Positions 13,221 through 26,230 are shown, counted from the first letter of the stretch. The stretch is DNA of 64,000 bases from Octopus vulgaris (GCA_951406725.2 OX597817.1:129146001-129210000); one strand, 5' to 3'. The notes: generated from the sequence alone by a model not told the origin. Made by a program: numbers and translations.

Positions 13221-13945
13221 AATCACTGAGCTAAATGACATGATATATGCAGCATCCACTGCAGCCAAAAAATAAGCTGGATGCTCCCTCAAACCCATCC
13301 AAACAGGAGTACCACCACCCAAACAAACCCTGTGGATAAATATTATCAACAAAAAATAGAAAAAAGAGAAATTAGTAGACAATCAACGCTACTAAGCAAC
13401 ATAAAGAGAACAAAGATACTGTGCAAAAACAACATTACAGAAAACGATTTACCTGAGGTAAAAGAAAAGCTAAAGCAAGATATCCTTGCCAAAGCACAAT
13501 GGATCCGCCGATATGAGAAACACCAACGTTTCTTTGAACAAAACAAACAGTTCAACTCCAGCCCCAAACAATTCTATCAAGAACTTGGCAAAAATAAAAT
13601 AGATATCACTGCAGCATCAACAGCAAAAGAAGTGGAAGAATTTTGGAAAGAAATATGATCGGCGAATGAACAACCTTAGAAAAGGACTATGAAAACAACG
13701 AACTTAGCACCTGAGCAACTCTGAACCCCTATAACAACTGAAGAGGTCACCCAGGCACTGCAAAGACTAAGCAACTGGAAGGCACCTGGGCACGACAAGA
13801 TCCCCAACTTCTGGCTAAAATATCTGACAGGAATACACAAAAAACTGGCTGAAAACTTTAACGACATACTAGCAGAGCAAGAGACAATGCCTGAATGGCT
13901 CACGAAAGGGAAAACTATCCTAATTCCCAAATCCACCGAAAAAGG
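13221..13945 (+). mobile_element. R4/Dong-like non-LTR retrotransposon fragment (pre-RT region and RT start)
   Basis: LKQDILAKAQWIRRYEK..QNKQF..PKQFYQEL..FWKEI, then EEVTQALQRLSNWKAPGHDKIPNFWLK and MPEWLTKGKTILIPK. Confidence 0.85.
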
Positions 13946-13959
13946 CAAAACCACAAAAC

Positions 13960-14341
13960 TACAGAATATGGAAGAATTCAGAGTTGCAAATGTTCCAAAA
14001 TCCTTTGCCCTTGTCAGTTATCTAAGAGAATTTCCAATAATTTTTCTTCATTTAGGGATAGCAGTAAACGATATAGCACAGGGCTAAGTAAATTGGTTTG
14101 GTATCTTAAATACAAAAATAAGGATTTTAAGTTAGATTGGTTCATCCTGTCCATATCTTTACTGTATGACAAGGGCAAAGGATTTTGTAACATTTGCAAC
14201 TCTGAAATCTTCCATATTCTTTTCTCTAAGAATCACCTTGTTAACACACTTCTAGAGCGATCTTACAAATGTAAGCACTGGCAGAAACATACCTTTAGCT
14301 TTTGCTACCCTGGTAACTGTTTATTGAATTTTTCCTGTTAG
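13960..14341 (+). mobile_element. Penelope-like element endonuclease C-terminal fragment
   Basis: SSFR..STGLSKLVWYLK..WFIL..Y..CNICNSE..I..KCKH..KH resembles the C-terminus of some PLE GIY-YIG domains. Confidence 0.7.
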
Positions 14342-14511
14342 CGGTAATCAAAGGATAATTCATTCACCCATCTATAATATATATATAGACATGATAGCAG
14401 TAACTAGATACACCATAAACATCATTTTATGTTTATTCTAACTTGTAAAGGTTTATATTTTTTATGAATTGACATTTTTACGTTTCAAGTTCTATATGTG
14501 ACTGAATAATC

Positions 14512-14730
14512 ATGCAATGTTCAAAAGAAGCCTTGGAATTGTCTGAATTTCAAAGAGGCTATAATGTGGGTCAATCTGAAGGTGGACATAGTCAGCGTAA
14601 AATCACAGAAAATCTTGGGATTCCGCTTTCTACAGTTAATAGAGTGATTGTGCAATTTACCAGAGAGAGGAAGGAGTCCACATACTTTGCCCAGGTTGAC
14701 CAGGGCTCTCTGACAGGACCCTTCTCTTTG
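14512..14730 (+). mobile_element. Tc1-like transposase N-terminal HTH remnant
   Basis: [34 protein letters not shown]. Confidence 0.8.
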
Positions 14731-14747
14731 TTAAGATATATATACAA

Positions 14748-14915
14748 AAAAAAAGAGGAGGACGGGTGTGTAAACAACAAACAGATGTATTAGTTTAACG
14801 TTCGGGAGTGAGAAAGTCTTTTACCTTTCGAGCCTACGCTCTTCGACAGAAAGGAACACAGGAATAAACAGGGAGAGAAAATTTTAAAAAAAAGGTTTAG
14901 TGGCTAGCGATCTAT
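14748..14915 (-). mobile_element. PLE terminal fragment with hammerhead-like motif (14817-14854)
   Basis: Homologous to 58120-58320, which follows a GIY-YIG ORF; the minus strand reads ttt-CTGTCGA-AGAGC-gtag-GCTC-GAAA-ggta-aaag. Confidence 0.7.
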
Positions 14916-15080
14916 ACATACACATACGCTCAAGATTTGTGTTGCATTTCCCTGTTCACTTCACCAAACCTGCACATACTTAGACACATATATACTTACG
15001 CGCGTGTGTGTGTGCGTGTGTGTGTGTGTGTGTGTGTCTGTCTGTGTGTGTGTGTGCATGTGTGTGTGTGTGTTGTGTGT

Positions 15081-15894
15081 GTGTGTAATATGTATATATG
15101 CGTATCATGGAAGACGTAGATTCTCTTCGTTACTACTTAGTTTCTCTCTACCTTCTATTTTTCAAGGAATAATAAGATGAATGACGGAACTTAGTCGCGG
15201 ATTTCTGGAATAGTGACATGGAGGAATTTGAATTATTTGCTTTTCTATCTATGTATATTCAAACGTGTATATATTAATATCTAAACAAAAGCAATATAAA
15301 CAAATACACATACAACCAAATCGCACCACTCACTACCCACTACGCACTACCCACACATTATACCCTACAAAATACCTATCAAATATCATACCTCACTTTC
15401 CATTACTAGTCTCAACCTTGTCACTTGAAGTGTAATCGATCGAGTGTCAAATGACTTCATAAAAGAAGCAAGTAAAATAGCAAACTAAGGCAAACAAAGC
15501 TGAAAAGTAAGCCACTCAAACCATGTTAAGACAACACAGTTTACGTCAAAAGTAGGATCCGAGGAATCTTGCGATTTGCGCTTATAATTTATGGATATAT
15601 GCTCTTTAAAAGTGGAAGAAATCATTTTTCCGTATGGAAAAAGAAAAAAAAGCTAACGTTTTTGTATAGCGTCCTACGTTGGGAAGTGATGTTTTCTGAC
15701 ATACCAAATATTTCGTTTGACAATAGTGAGTGTGTGTGTGTGCGTGTGTGTGTATGTGCGTGTGTGTGTGTGTGTGTGTGTGTATGTAATATGTATATAT
15801 GCGTATCTTTGAAGGCATAAATTCTCTTCGTCACTATTTAGTTTATCTCTACCTGTTATTTTTCAAGGAACAGAAAGTTGAATGCCGTAACTTA
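15081..15894. repeat. Direct duplication of ~110 bp (15081-15193 and 15783-15894), each copy after (TG)n
   Basis: taatatgtatatatgcgtatc..attctcttcgt.acta..tttttcaaggaa..tgaatg..aacttag occurs in both. Confidence 0.8.
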
Positions 15895-15937
15895 GAAATA
15901 TGATAGCCGGAACAGTGTGTGTGTGTGTGTGTGTGTA

Positions 15938-15975
<38 letters not shown>

Positions 15976-16209
15976 AGATAGACAGACAGACATTCAGAGA
16001 CAGAGAGAGCAGAGGGAAAGTGGAAAGATAGTGAAGAATAAGTAAAGTGAAGGATAACAGCGAAAAATAAGATGTGTAGGACACAATGCGACAATACTTA
16101 AACAGCCAGTCAAAGATGGCAAAATAATCAATGAGCAGTGATTGGATGAAGAGAAGAGATTAAGGAAAGGATTATCAAGGGCGCTGGTAATTTGAAAACC
16201 AGGAATAAG

Positions 16210-16410
16210 ACGGTGAGCTGGCGGAATCGTTACTGCGTCGGAAGAGATGTTTAGCAGCATTTCTTCCGACTTTACGCTCTGAGTTCAAACACCACCGGAG
16301 TCGATTTTGTCTTCCATCCTTTTGAGGTCGATAAAATAAGTATTAGTTGGGAACTGGAGTTAATTTAATCCCACCAAAATTGGTGGGATTGTGCCAAACA
16401 TTCAAGCCAA
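16210..16410 (+). mobile_element. SINE family B, diverged
   Basis: gagctggcggaatcg..gagttcaaac..ccatccttttgaggtcgataaaataagta. Confidence 0.85.
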
Positions 16411-16520
16411 TTTTAAAAAAAGGGATGAAGAATGGCAATTTTTATAAGAGGTATGGATGGTAGAAAAAATATGATCCCAACAGAAGAAAAAAAGATGTGA
16501 GTGTTTGGGTATGTATAAGA

Positions 16521-16886
16521 ACTGGCATTCCGTCGGTTGCGACGACGAGTATTCCAGTTGATCCAATCATTAATTTCAAGAACAGGTTGTTATGTTGATC
16601 CGATCAACGGAACAGCCTGCTCGTGAAATTAACGTGCAAGTGACTGAGCACTCCAAAAACATACGTACCCTTAACGTAACTCTCAGGGAGATTCAGTGTA
16701 ACAACATAAAGTGTGACATGGATGACCTTTTGAATTACAGGTATGACAATTTCTTTTCCAGCTTTATAGACTGAAGCAACATAGAATGAGATGTCTTACT
16801 CAAGGACACGACTCGCCGCCAGGAATCAAAATTACACCCATACGATCGTGAGCGGAATTCCCTCACCACTAAGCCACATGCCTTCA
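16521..16886 (-). mobile_element. SINE family C variant
   Basis: The minus-strand head is tgaaggcatgtggcttagtgg..tcacgatcg..gtgtccttgagtaagacatctcattc; the 3' body differs from the 37444 copy. Confidence 0.8.
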
Positions 16887-17919
16887 GATATATATAATGT
16901 ATAGGTGCTGCCAAATATGTAAGAGCAGGTGCTTTCTACAGCAAGATGAAAAAGTGCTTACTGATGTTTGTCATTGAGGCAGTACTACGCGTAAAGGTGA
17001 GATATTTGTTCATGCAGTGGTAGCTATAGGGTATACCATGGTAAAAGTTAATTCTGCAATCCAAAAGTTGATCGACAAGAGATTAGTTGAATTTAAATGC
17101 TGTGTTTCCCTACCTGAGCGATATAGCCCAAAAGGGGCCATTTCAAAGTTCAGTAAGGGTTCTTAGAACAATTTAAGAATTGGTGTGAATCTACAGAACC
17201 AATAAATGGAGCACATTGCTATCATCTAGTTTCTTCTTAAAATTTTGTATTAATTTCTGTAATTCTAAAAATTACTCGAACAAAATACATGCATATACAT
17301 ACGCACAATGCATTTACTATATCTTAAGTTCCGTCATGACTGTAAGAAAAAGGGATTCTTTTAACACGTCGATAAAAAGCTTACCATAGATATATAAAGT
17401 ATTAACAGTGTGTTAACAGTAGTTTTTGCTATGCGTATTATGTCAGAATACAAATGCTGTTTACAAATGGTCGTTTTATCAAACCCACGAAATATTTTAT
17501 TTTTCTGAAATAAAATAACAGAGAATAAATGTTCAATTCATAGATACTGATATTTTCATGGAGTTTATTATATTAATAGTAGAAATTAGGTCGACTTAAA
17601 TAGAAAGGCTTTAGGTTGTGATAAGTTTATGTTTAAAATTGATTCTGTTAAAATTATTAATTTCTAAATACCCACAGAAGCAGATTTCTTGATACTAAGT
17701 GGAATTTATGAAAATATTTGAAATATAGTACCATTTGATAAAGAAAAATAGTAATTCAAGGTAAAAATTTAGACAAAGTGTATCAAAGTGTATTGCGTTT
17801 ACGCCCAGGAGAGATACACTTCGATCATATTCTCTTCTATAGAAAGAAAAAATGAAGACAGAAAAATAAGTGAAAGAAAAGAACAAATGTATCTGAATTA
17901 GATGGTTTCCGCATGCTGG

Positions 17920-17979
<60 letters not shown>

Positions 17980-17980
17980 A

Positions 17981-18640
17981 TGTATGTTAAATAAAATGAG
18001 ACAAGGCAAAGGTTGCGTGAAATTTTCAGGATATTTATAAAGAGAAAGTTAGTCTTACAGCTGTTTCTGGGATATTATCATCATCATTTTCTCTTCCTCT
18101 TTCTTTCCTTCTTCTTTTCTCACCTTTTCCTTTGACCTTTCTGCTCATTTTAACATATACATCTCTTCTCCTCTCTCTATCCACTCAATACTACCACTAC
18201 TTTCTCCAATTTTCACTCACACTACAAGACCCTTTTGAATGAACAGCACACATGGAATATACGTCTCCACACTTTCCAATCGTAATGACAAAATATGAAC
18301 TCCTATCGGAATTTACATACCACGGAGAAGAAGCATTTCTACCACTTCTACACACCACATTCCTTGGTTAATGAAACTGCAGCTATAACATCTTTATATA
18401 TTTTTATTTCCACATCCATTCTCCTATTTCTCTATATACTTCTTATTTCCTTCCTTTTCCAAAATAATTCCTTATATTGAACTCTAATATTTCTCTCTAT
18501 TTAACCATCTTACATCGTCTCTGATGAAGGGATATCCCAAATATCCCAGAAACAGCTGCAAAACTAACTTTCTCTTTATAAATGTCCTGAAAATTCCACA
18601 TAGCCTTGGCTTTGTTGTCTCATTTTATTTAACATATACA
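17981..18640 (+). mobile_element. PLE-type remnant with inverted terminal arms and hammerhead motif (18517-18564)
   Basis: 17981-18076 is a near reverse complement of 18540-18640; gtct-CTGATGA-agggatat..atatccca-GAAAC-agct-gca. Confidence 0.75.
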
Positions 18641-18768
18641 TGCTCATACTAGACCCACATTAGTCTCCTCATCTTATCATTATCAAATCGAGAGTTTAAC
18701 TACGGTCCTTCCATAGCACTTACATAACGTTACCTGCCACCATGGATCTTCCGAACGCCAATGCCTCT

Positions 18769-18809
<41 letters not shown>

Positions 18810-18873
18810 TTGTAGGCAATTATGTGTATAAACAAATTAAATATAAGAGCATGTTTTGGATATACAATATATA

Positions 18874-18933
<60 letters not shown>

Positions 18934-19249
18934 CAAAAAGATCTCAAATTTTATTTAATTTGCTTTTCGCGGGAAGGAAACTTTCAATCGAAGATGCGTA
19001 TCGCCTTCACCTTCGAAAAGCAGAGTAGATGAGACCATGGCGACTGAAGAAGGGGAATTTTCCTTGTGTTATTTGTCCTGTACTCTATTTTTTCGTTGTT
19101 TAAGAAAAATGTCCACTTCCTTGGTTTTGTGTCTATGTTTTCGTTTCTCATTGTGTTCGACGTCTTTTTGGTGTCCTGTATATGCATGTATATATACATG
19201 TAGAGGTATGTACGTACATATATGTATGTATATATGCATATGTTTTATT

Positions 19250-19342
<93 letters not shown>

Positions 19343-19809
19343 TATTGTATATCAAAACCAAGCCGTTATATTTAAGTTGTTTATCCGCATAATTGCCACC
19401 ATATCTGCTCACCTGGATTCCTGTTATAACCACTCTTTACCATGCGGTATTAGTTCCTCGTAAAAACGTCGGAGTTTAAGTTTGAATCAATTCAGTGCTA
19501 CGAAGTGTTTTCTGTAACGAAAATCTCTGGATCTCATTTGTTGATTATACGTATGCATGTACATATGTATGTATGCATGTATGTATGTACGTATGTATGC
19601 ATGTACGTATGTATGTACGTATGCTTGTATGTATGTACGTATGTATGTATTATGTATATATGTATGTATATATGTATGTATGCATGTATGTATGTATGTA
19701 TGTATGTATGTATGTATGTACCTACGTATGCATGCATGCATATATATATATATATATTTAGATATGTGTGTATATATATATGTAACGTCTGTGTATAAAT
19801 ATAAAAAAA

Positions 19810-19985
19810 AAAACGAAGAACAAACACAAAAAAATCAACAACGCGAGCAGACGCTCAGGGAAGGAAAGAAAGGTGGTTTTATTTTTCGAGCAAAGCTCTT
19901 CATCAGAAACAGGAGACAAAGAAAAGTCCAATAGAAATGGAAGAGGGGGGCGACAAAATCGTCAACGATTCACATGTGGTTACAT
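19810..19985 (-). mobile_element. PLE-type terminal fragment with hammerhead core (19884-19906)
   Basis: The minus strand reads CTGATGA-AGAGC-ttt-GCTC-GAAA; homologous to 36660-36850. Confidence 0.65.
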
Positions 19986-20062
19986 TTTTGAAATATAAGA
20001 TGTGTATATATATTTGGCAAAAAATAAATAAATAAAATGACCATCCCGAGATACAACATATA

Positions 20063-20141
<79 letters not shown>

Positions 20142-20509
20142 TGTATATGATATGCTTAATACCTACAATAAACAAAATGACGGATGCGTTTATTGTATCC
20201 TACCGATATTGAGTTACTCTGTGCACCTGCATAGGTTTACACATATTGAAGCAAACACGCAAAGCACAAGAAGAAAATATTTATTAATACACAAATACAA
20301 TTTTAAAAATCACATAGGCAAATTATCTATATTTTACATTATTTCATGCACATGAGCATAAACCAAAAAACAAAAAAAAGTAGAGAAGCAGACAAATGCA
20401 CATCACTATATACTTGCATACACACTAACAACTGTATATACATATGGACGTAGATACATTCATATATACATAAATGTAAATAACTGTATAAACTCTAATA
20501 TATATGTGT

Positions 20510-20554
<45 letters not shown>

Positions 20555-20556
<2 letters not shown>

Positions 20557-22500
20557 AGCAACAACGTCGTGCTGCATAGTACCGTGACGACATTTTAGGA
20601 CAGCTGGTAATCACATGCGTAAGGTCTTCCACAGAAACATGGCATAGCCTACATATGCGATTGCACATTGGGATTACAAGAGCGTCACTGTTTCTCTTGT
20701 TCACCAGTAACTGTGGAAATCTCCTGTTCCTGGGTCGCAAACGCATAGCCTTCAAAGTGTGTTGTGATGTAGTGGTATTGTGTCCAAGAGAGGCTGCGCT
20801 TCGTGTCAATTCTACTGTCTTCTTCAAGCCTCCAGGCAACATACCAATACACGGCTTTCTTTCTTTTTTTTTTGTATGCTGAGTATTTTCAATCCAGGTC
20901 TTCGCTGAGGTAAGAGAGCCCAACTGTTTGGGGGCTCTATAGGAGATCATCAGGAAAAGAGTGTTTCTTGAGGAGTTCACAGCCAACTTGTACAATGTTG
21001 CTCACTTGACTTTTCAGGACTGCATTAATGTATTTACGTTTTCTGCTGTTGTTTAGCAGGTGCTGTCTGAGTGATACCATACGGCATTCGAAGGCCGTCT
21101 GCACTGATCTCAGGCCTCTACCACCTTCATTTCTTCTTAGGGAGAGTTGTCAATATCACTGTTTCTGTGGAAGTTCCCAGTTGTTGTCAGGATTTTGCAG
21201 GTTTTGATATCTATGGAGTGGATTTCCTCTACAGACCAATCAAGAATCTCAAATGTTGGGATCAGCACTGGTACTGCAAATGCATTGTGGGATATTGTTT
21301 TGTTGTTAGAGTAGAGTTCCAACTGCCGCATTTTCTTATGTCTGGCGTAATATTCTTGGGTCACTGTATCTTCATTCACAGTGCCTTCATATAGTACATT
21401 TTCGTCTATGTCTAGATGCTTGAAACATTCTTTGTGTGGAATGGGAGAGATAGAGAGACCGTTGATGTACAGGTTTTGGGTTTGGGGGACTGACTTTCAT
21501 CGTTCTATAACCAAATGTGAATATTTATTTTGGCTAAATTCCATGCCTATATCAACTGATAATGTTATTAATTCCAGTTGTTTTGGGGCATTGTTAGCAC
21601 AAAGAAATTATGAGTTACATTGATATTTCTAGGAGTTGAAGATCCTAACATGTTACCATTTGTTTTCTGCAGTAGGAACAGTAATGGATTCAGTGCCAAA
21701 ATAAAAAAGAAGTACAGAAAGGCTATCTCCCTGGAATATTCCCTTTGTAATGCCTAAACTATTAGAAACAATCATTCTATTTTAAGTTGTGAGGGTAAGA
21801 ATAGTTGTCCATGTCTTTGTGAGTCTCTCTATAGCATCAATTAAGTTATTAGATACCTTTGCCAGATGTAGGCACTTCAACAGCCATGAATGAGAGATAG
21901 AGTCAAATGCCTTCTTATAGTCAAGCCATACTGTTACAAAGTTTCTGCGTTGTTTTCTTACTTCAGACAGTACACCATCATTTATTAAAAGTTCTTCGGC
22001 ACATCTCCACATTCCCTTCTTTCCACCAGCCTGTTCATCAGTCACAATGTTGTTCGACTCACAATGTTCCTGGAGGAATTAGTTGAGGCAACTTGTGTAC
22101 AGTTTGTACATAATGTTTAGACAAGCAATGGTAGTTTCCTGCCATCTCGGTGATTTCATTTTTGGTAGCAAGATTTGTCCTTGCTGTAGCAAGTCAATTT
22201 GGTATATCAGTCTGACCTTCCGTAGTCCTTTTGAACATACATATCAATTGGTTTCTATAAAATGTCAGCTTCTTGTAACAATATCAAACTATTCGGCCCC
22301 TTCCAGGTGCCTTCCCTTAATGCAGTTTACCTACTGCTATAGCAAAGGTTTCTGCATCAATTTAGTATGTTTTACTCTTAGTGTTGGTACAGTATTCTCT
22401 CTCAATTGTACTTAACCATGATGCATTCAGGCTGAAATCCCTATTTTCGTTCCAAATTTTTTATCAGAATGATTGTAGATCGTCTTGGAATGGAGCTTTC
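20555..22500 (-). mobile_element. R4/Dong-like non-LTR retrotransposon, RT plus CCHC knuckle, decayed
   Basis: EQAGGKKG..WLDYKKAFDSISHSWL, GIFQGDSL and CRLCHVSVEDLTHVITSC; several frameshifts. Confidence 0.88.
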
Positions 22501-22528
22501 GTAATGATTATGTATGTATGTATGTATG

Positions 22529-22562
<34 letters not shown>

Positions 22563-23573
22563 TGTATGTATGTATGCATGTATGTATGTATGTATGTATG
22601 TATGTATGTATATATAGTTGTTAAATATTAGTTCATATATCATGAATCAATATTTAGCAACTTTCAATGTTAGCTTCATGCATTGTTACGTAATTTATAA
22701 GCTTTGCTTGCAAAATCTACACTACACTTTGGTGTACATCTGACGTAGCACGGGTGTTAAACCGAACAGCAGATTAAGTCAAACTCCAGTCATAAAGAAT
22801 TCTTTTTTTAACTATTTTGTTAATCGCTACAGATATCATTCCGAGCTACTACTCGAAAACTGGAGAAGATGAGTGACTCCAAGTTAAAGATAAATGAATA
22901 AATAAATATATAACGTTCTGTTAACGGAAAGACATAAATTGTTCAAAAGATGATTATCTCATTTCTACTTAATCTAGATAAGAAGAATTATTAGGGAGGG
23001 ACGGATTAGGTTTATTTATTACTTGAGTAATTTTATACTTGAAAATTTACCAGTTTAGAGGATCTGCTGCAAATGCCTCAATGAAAACGATATATTTTGT
23101 TGAATTCCATTGCCAAGTTCAATTTTTTTTTCTACTATCTGTTGTAAACCAGTGTCCTCTGAACAATTTTACGTCATCTAATGTGGTGGATCCCTGTATG
23201 AGCAAGGTATCCGATAATGTTTGCTCGGTTTACCGGAAATAGCATCCAAACTTCCATCATACCTTTATTTGAAAAGGAAACACATTTTATAATTGAATCG
23301 AGACACAAAGTATGTAGAATTATGATGGAATAAAGTTGACTAGAATTTTTATCTTTAGCCGGCTAAGTCGGAGCTAACGTTGAGCTAAACGAGGATAACA
23401 AAACGAAAATCCTAGCTACAATTCGGAAACAGATGTGTAAACATATTTGTGTCTACAGAAAGACAGAAAGAGAGTGAGATAGAGAGAGAGAGACAAAGAG
23501 ATAGAAGGTGGGAGATATTGATAGATAAGGAAAAAGTTGAAGAGAAAGGGAGAGAAACACACACACACTCATT

Positions 23574-23673
<100 letters not shown>

Positions 23674-23690
23674 CGTACATGTATATATAC

Positions 23691-24065
23691 GGAAAAAAGG
23701 TCAAGATTGAAAATGCTAAAATAATTTTATAAAAAACATGTCAGTACCGGTTTCAGTCATTGAGACTTTTTCGACTTTAATATGGAAAACAATTAAATTT
23801 AGAATAATTTAAAAAGTTTTTTTAAAGAATATAACCTACAAGAGTAAACAAAAGAGACAGAGACAGACAGAAACAAGGAAAATGCCACTTGTATTTGAAC
23901 ACTATACAAATATTCTTTTAAAAAAAATGTTATAATATTTCTAAATTTAATTGTTTTCTATACAAAAATTTGAAAAAGTCTCAATGACTGAAACCGGTAC
24001 TGAAATGTTTTTAATAACGTTTTTATAAAATTATTTTAGCATTTTCTATCTTGACCTTTTTTTCC
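23691..24065. mobile_element. Inverted PLE-type terminal arms (23691-23831 / 23910-24065) with hammerhead-like motif
   Basis: The arms are near reverse complements; TTGAAAA-AGTC-tcaat-GACT-GAAAC-cg-GTA at 23970-23999. Confidence 0.72.
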
Positions 24066-24094
24066 ATATATATCAACTCGTGTGTTCCTTTTCA

Positions 24095-24139
<45 letters not shown>

Positions 24140-24265
24140 AGGTTTGGAGATGATGTACAGGTATTATATATTAGAAGAAATGAGGTAATAGGAAGATCGG
24201 ATGGTTTGTATTTACAGATATTTATTTATATATTACATTTTTGACATATATATCATATCACTTAG

Positions 24266-24308
24266 TTCATTAGCGCTTTCTCCCATTCTAGTGGGGTTTT
24301 CAAATGAA
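24266..24308 (-). ncRNA. Minimal type I hammerhead ribozyme-like motif, U3:A8 variant
   Basis: TTCAT-TTGAAAA-cCCCA-ctagaa-TGGGa-GAAA-gcgc-TA-ATGAA: 5-bp helix I, palindromic helix III, CUA triplet. Confidence 0.55.
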
Positions 24309-24631
24309 AACTATATATATAGTATTATTAAGTTTGAAAACAGAGAGATGTAATGGATACAAATTAATTTATAAATTAATTAACGTATTCACCTACAATT
24401 GTTTCATTTCACAAAGTTAAATCTACAAAAGATATATAAATATATAATTTTGCATTTAAAAAAAAAAACTTGAATGGAAAATCATAAGGGTGCACCAAGA
24501 ACACTACAAGGATTAAATTATGGTCCGTTGGAATACTCAGAATATATAGTCATGTTTATAATGTGTGTGTGTATATGAGTGTTTGCACACATTCGTTAAA
24601 ATTATTAATCTTATTTTTAATTCAATAATAA

Positions 24632-24669
24632 TATTATTATTATTACTATTATTATTATTATTATTATTA

Positions 24670-24757
<88 letters not shown>

Positions 24758-24770
24758 CATTATTATTATG
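24632..24770. repeat. (TTA)n microsatellite
   Basis: Seen directly. Confidence 0.98.
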
Positions 24771-25979
24771 AATAATGGGTTATAGTATATAAGAGTAAAA
24801 TTACATAACGAATAAAACAAAGTAAAAGTGTAATAAATTTATGTTCATAAAATAAAATAAAATAAAAAGGAAACAAATACTCATACTTTTGTAAGTGTGT
24901 GCGTATGCACATGCGTATATATATATATATATATATACATATATATATACACGCAGCAAGTATGGATGTCAATAGTTTATACATCAATATGCATGAGTAT
25001 TTGTATATATGTTCCTTTCTAAGTTACTTATTTAGGTATATAAATCAAGGTATATAGGGGCAAAAATAAAACAAAACTAATAAATGATAAATAAAGATAA
25101 AATAAATATATAATAAAATAAAGTAAATATTGAATCGGAAATAAGGAATAAAATAAATAAGGAATGAAAATAAAAATAAAAATAAAAGTGAAATAGAATT
25201 TGTTTGTGTTTATGTTTTCACTTGTATGTATATGTGTGTACATACGTACATATCGCTTACATTATTTATGTGTATGTGTATGTGAATTCATGGATAACAT
25301 TGTTTACATTTATAAAATATGCGTGTGTGTGTTTGTGTGTGTGTATGCATGTCTCTTCTATTTTTACTTATTATAAATCTTCCACTGAGGAGGGAGCCCG
25401 TTTCCAACAAAGATACAAGGCTCCATCTTTGGGATGTATGTATTTTAACTCAGAATTGCTCGTGCAAAAAAGAACGATTATTTATTCAGGTAAAGATTTG
25501 AACTCACCATGGTTACTAGTGTTTTGGGTTATAATGGTGAACTATATTAATCATTTCCGTCAGCTGTAACTCCCTACTTGTAGTCAACTCCAAGTTAACG
25601 TCAGTGCAGCGCGAACGTACTGATGCTGTTGACACTGTGGTGTGATATCAGCCAGCGATACGTAAACTCATCAACAGTTGATCTGTTTTGGTCGTAGACA
25701 CATACATCACAAACGCCGATACGTACTCGATACGAACCACTGACCTCTTAGACTGTTGTCTGCACTGTTCTATCGACTCCGACCAACCATTTATCTTTAC
25801 GATAAATGTTGCTGTTGTTTCTCTTCGTTCTAAATTAGACCGGACTCAGGAGACTTATACCCAAAAGCGATCAATCTATGACAATCTCGTTAATTTTAAT
25901 TTATTACTTTTGTTCTTTTTTCCGTGGATAACGTCAACTGCAAGGTGTTATTAAAGTGTCGTTATTTTTAGGATATTAA

Positions 25980-26230
25980 TGGTGGTAAACAGGCGTTAGA
26001 GGATCGGAGAGAAAAGTTAGAAAATTGTTATGGCGGCGAACAGGCGTTAGAGAATCGTTAGATGATCGGAGAAAATGTCTTTCTGGCATTTGTTTCGATA
26101 CTTTGTGATCTCAGTTCAAATCCGTTTTCTTTCTTCCATATTGAGTCGATAAAATAAAATACCAGTCATGTACTGGGACTGATAATATTGTCTTTCCACC
26201 TGATAACTCTGACCTTGAAACCAAATTAAT
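25980..26230 (+). mobile_element. SINE family B, degraded, with duplicated head
   Basis: aacaggcgttagag occurs twice; cagttcaaatccg; gagtcgataaaataaaataccag. Confidence 0.6.

Noticed and set aside
19010-19062. Possible type II hammerhead (ccttcGAAA..CTGAAGAaggg)
   Set aside because: Helices I and III do not pair convincingly.
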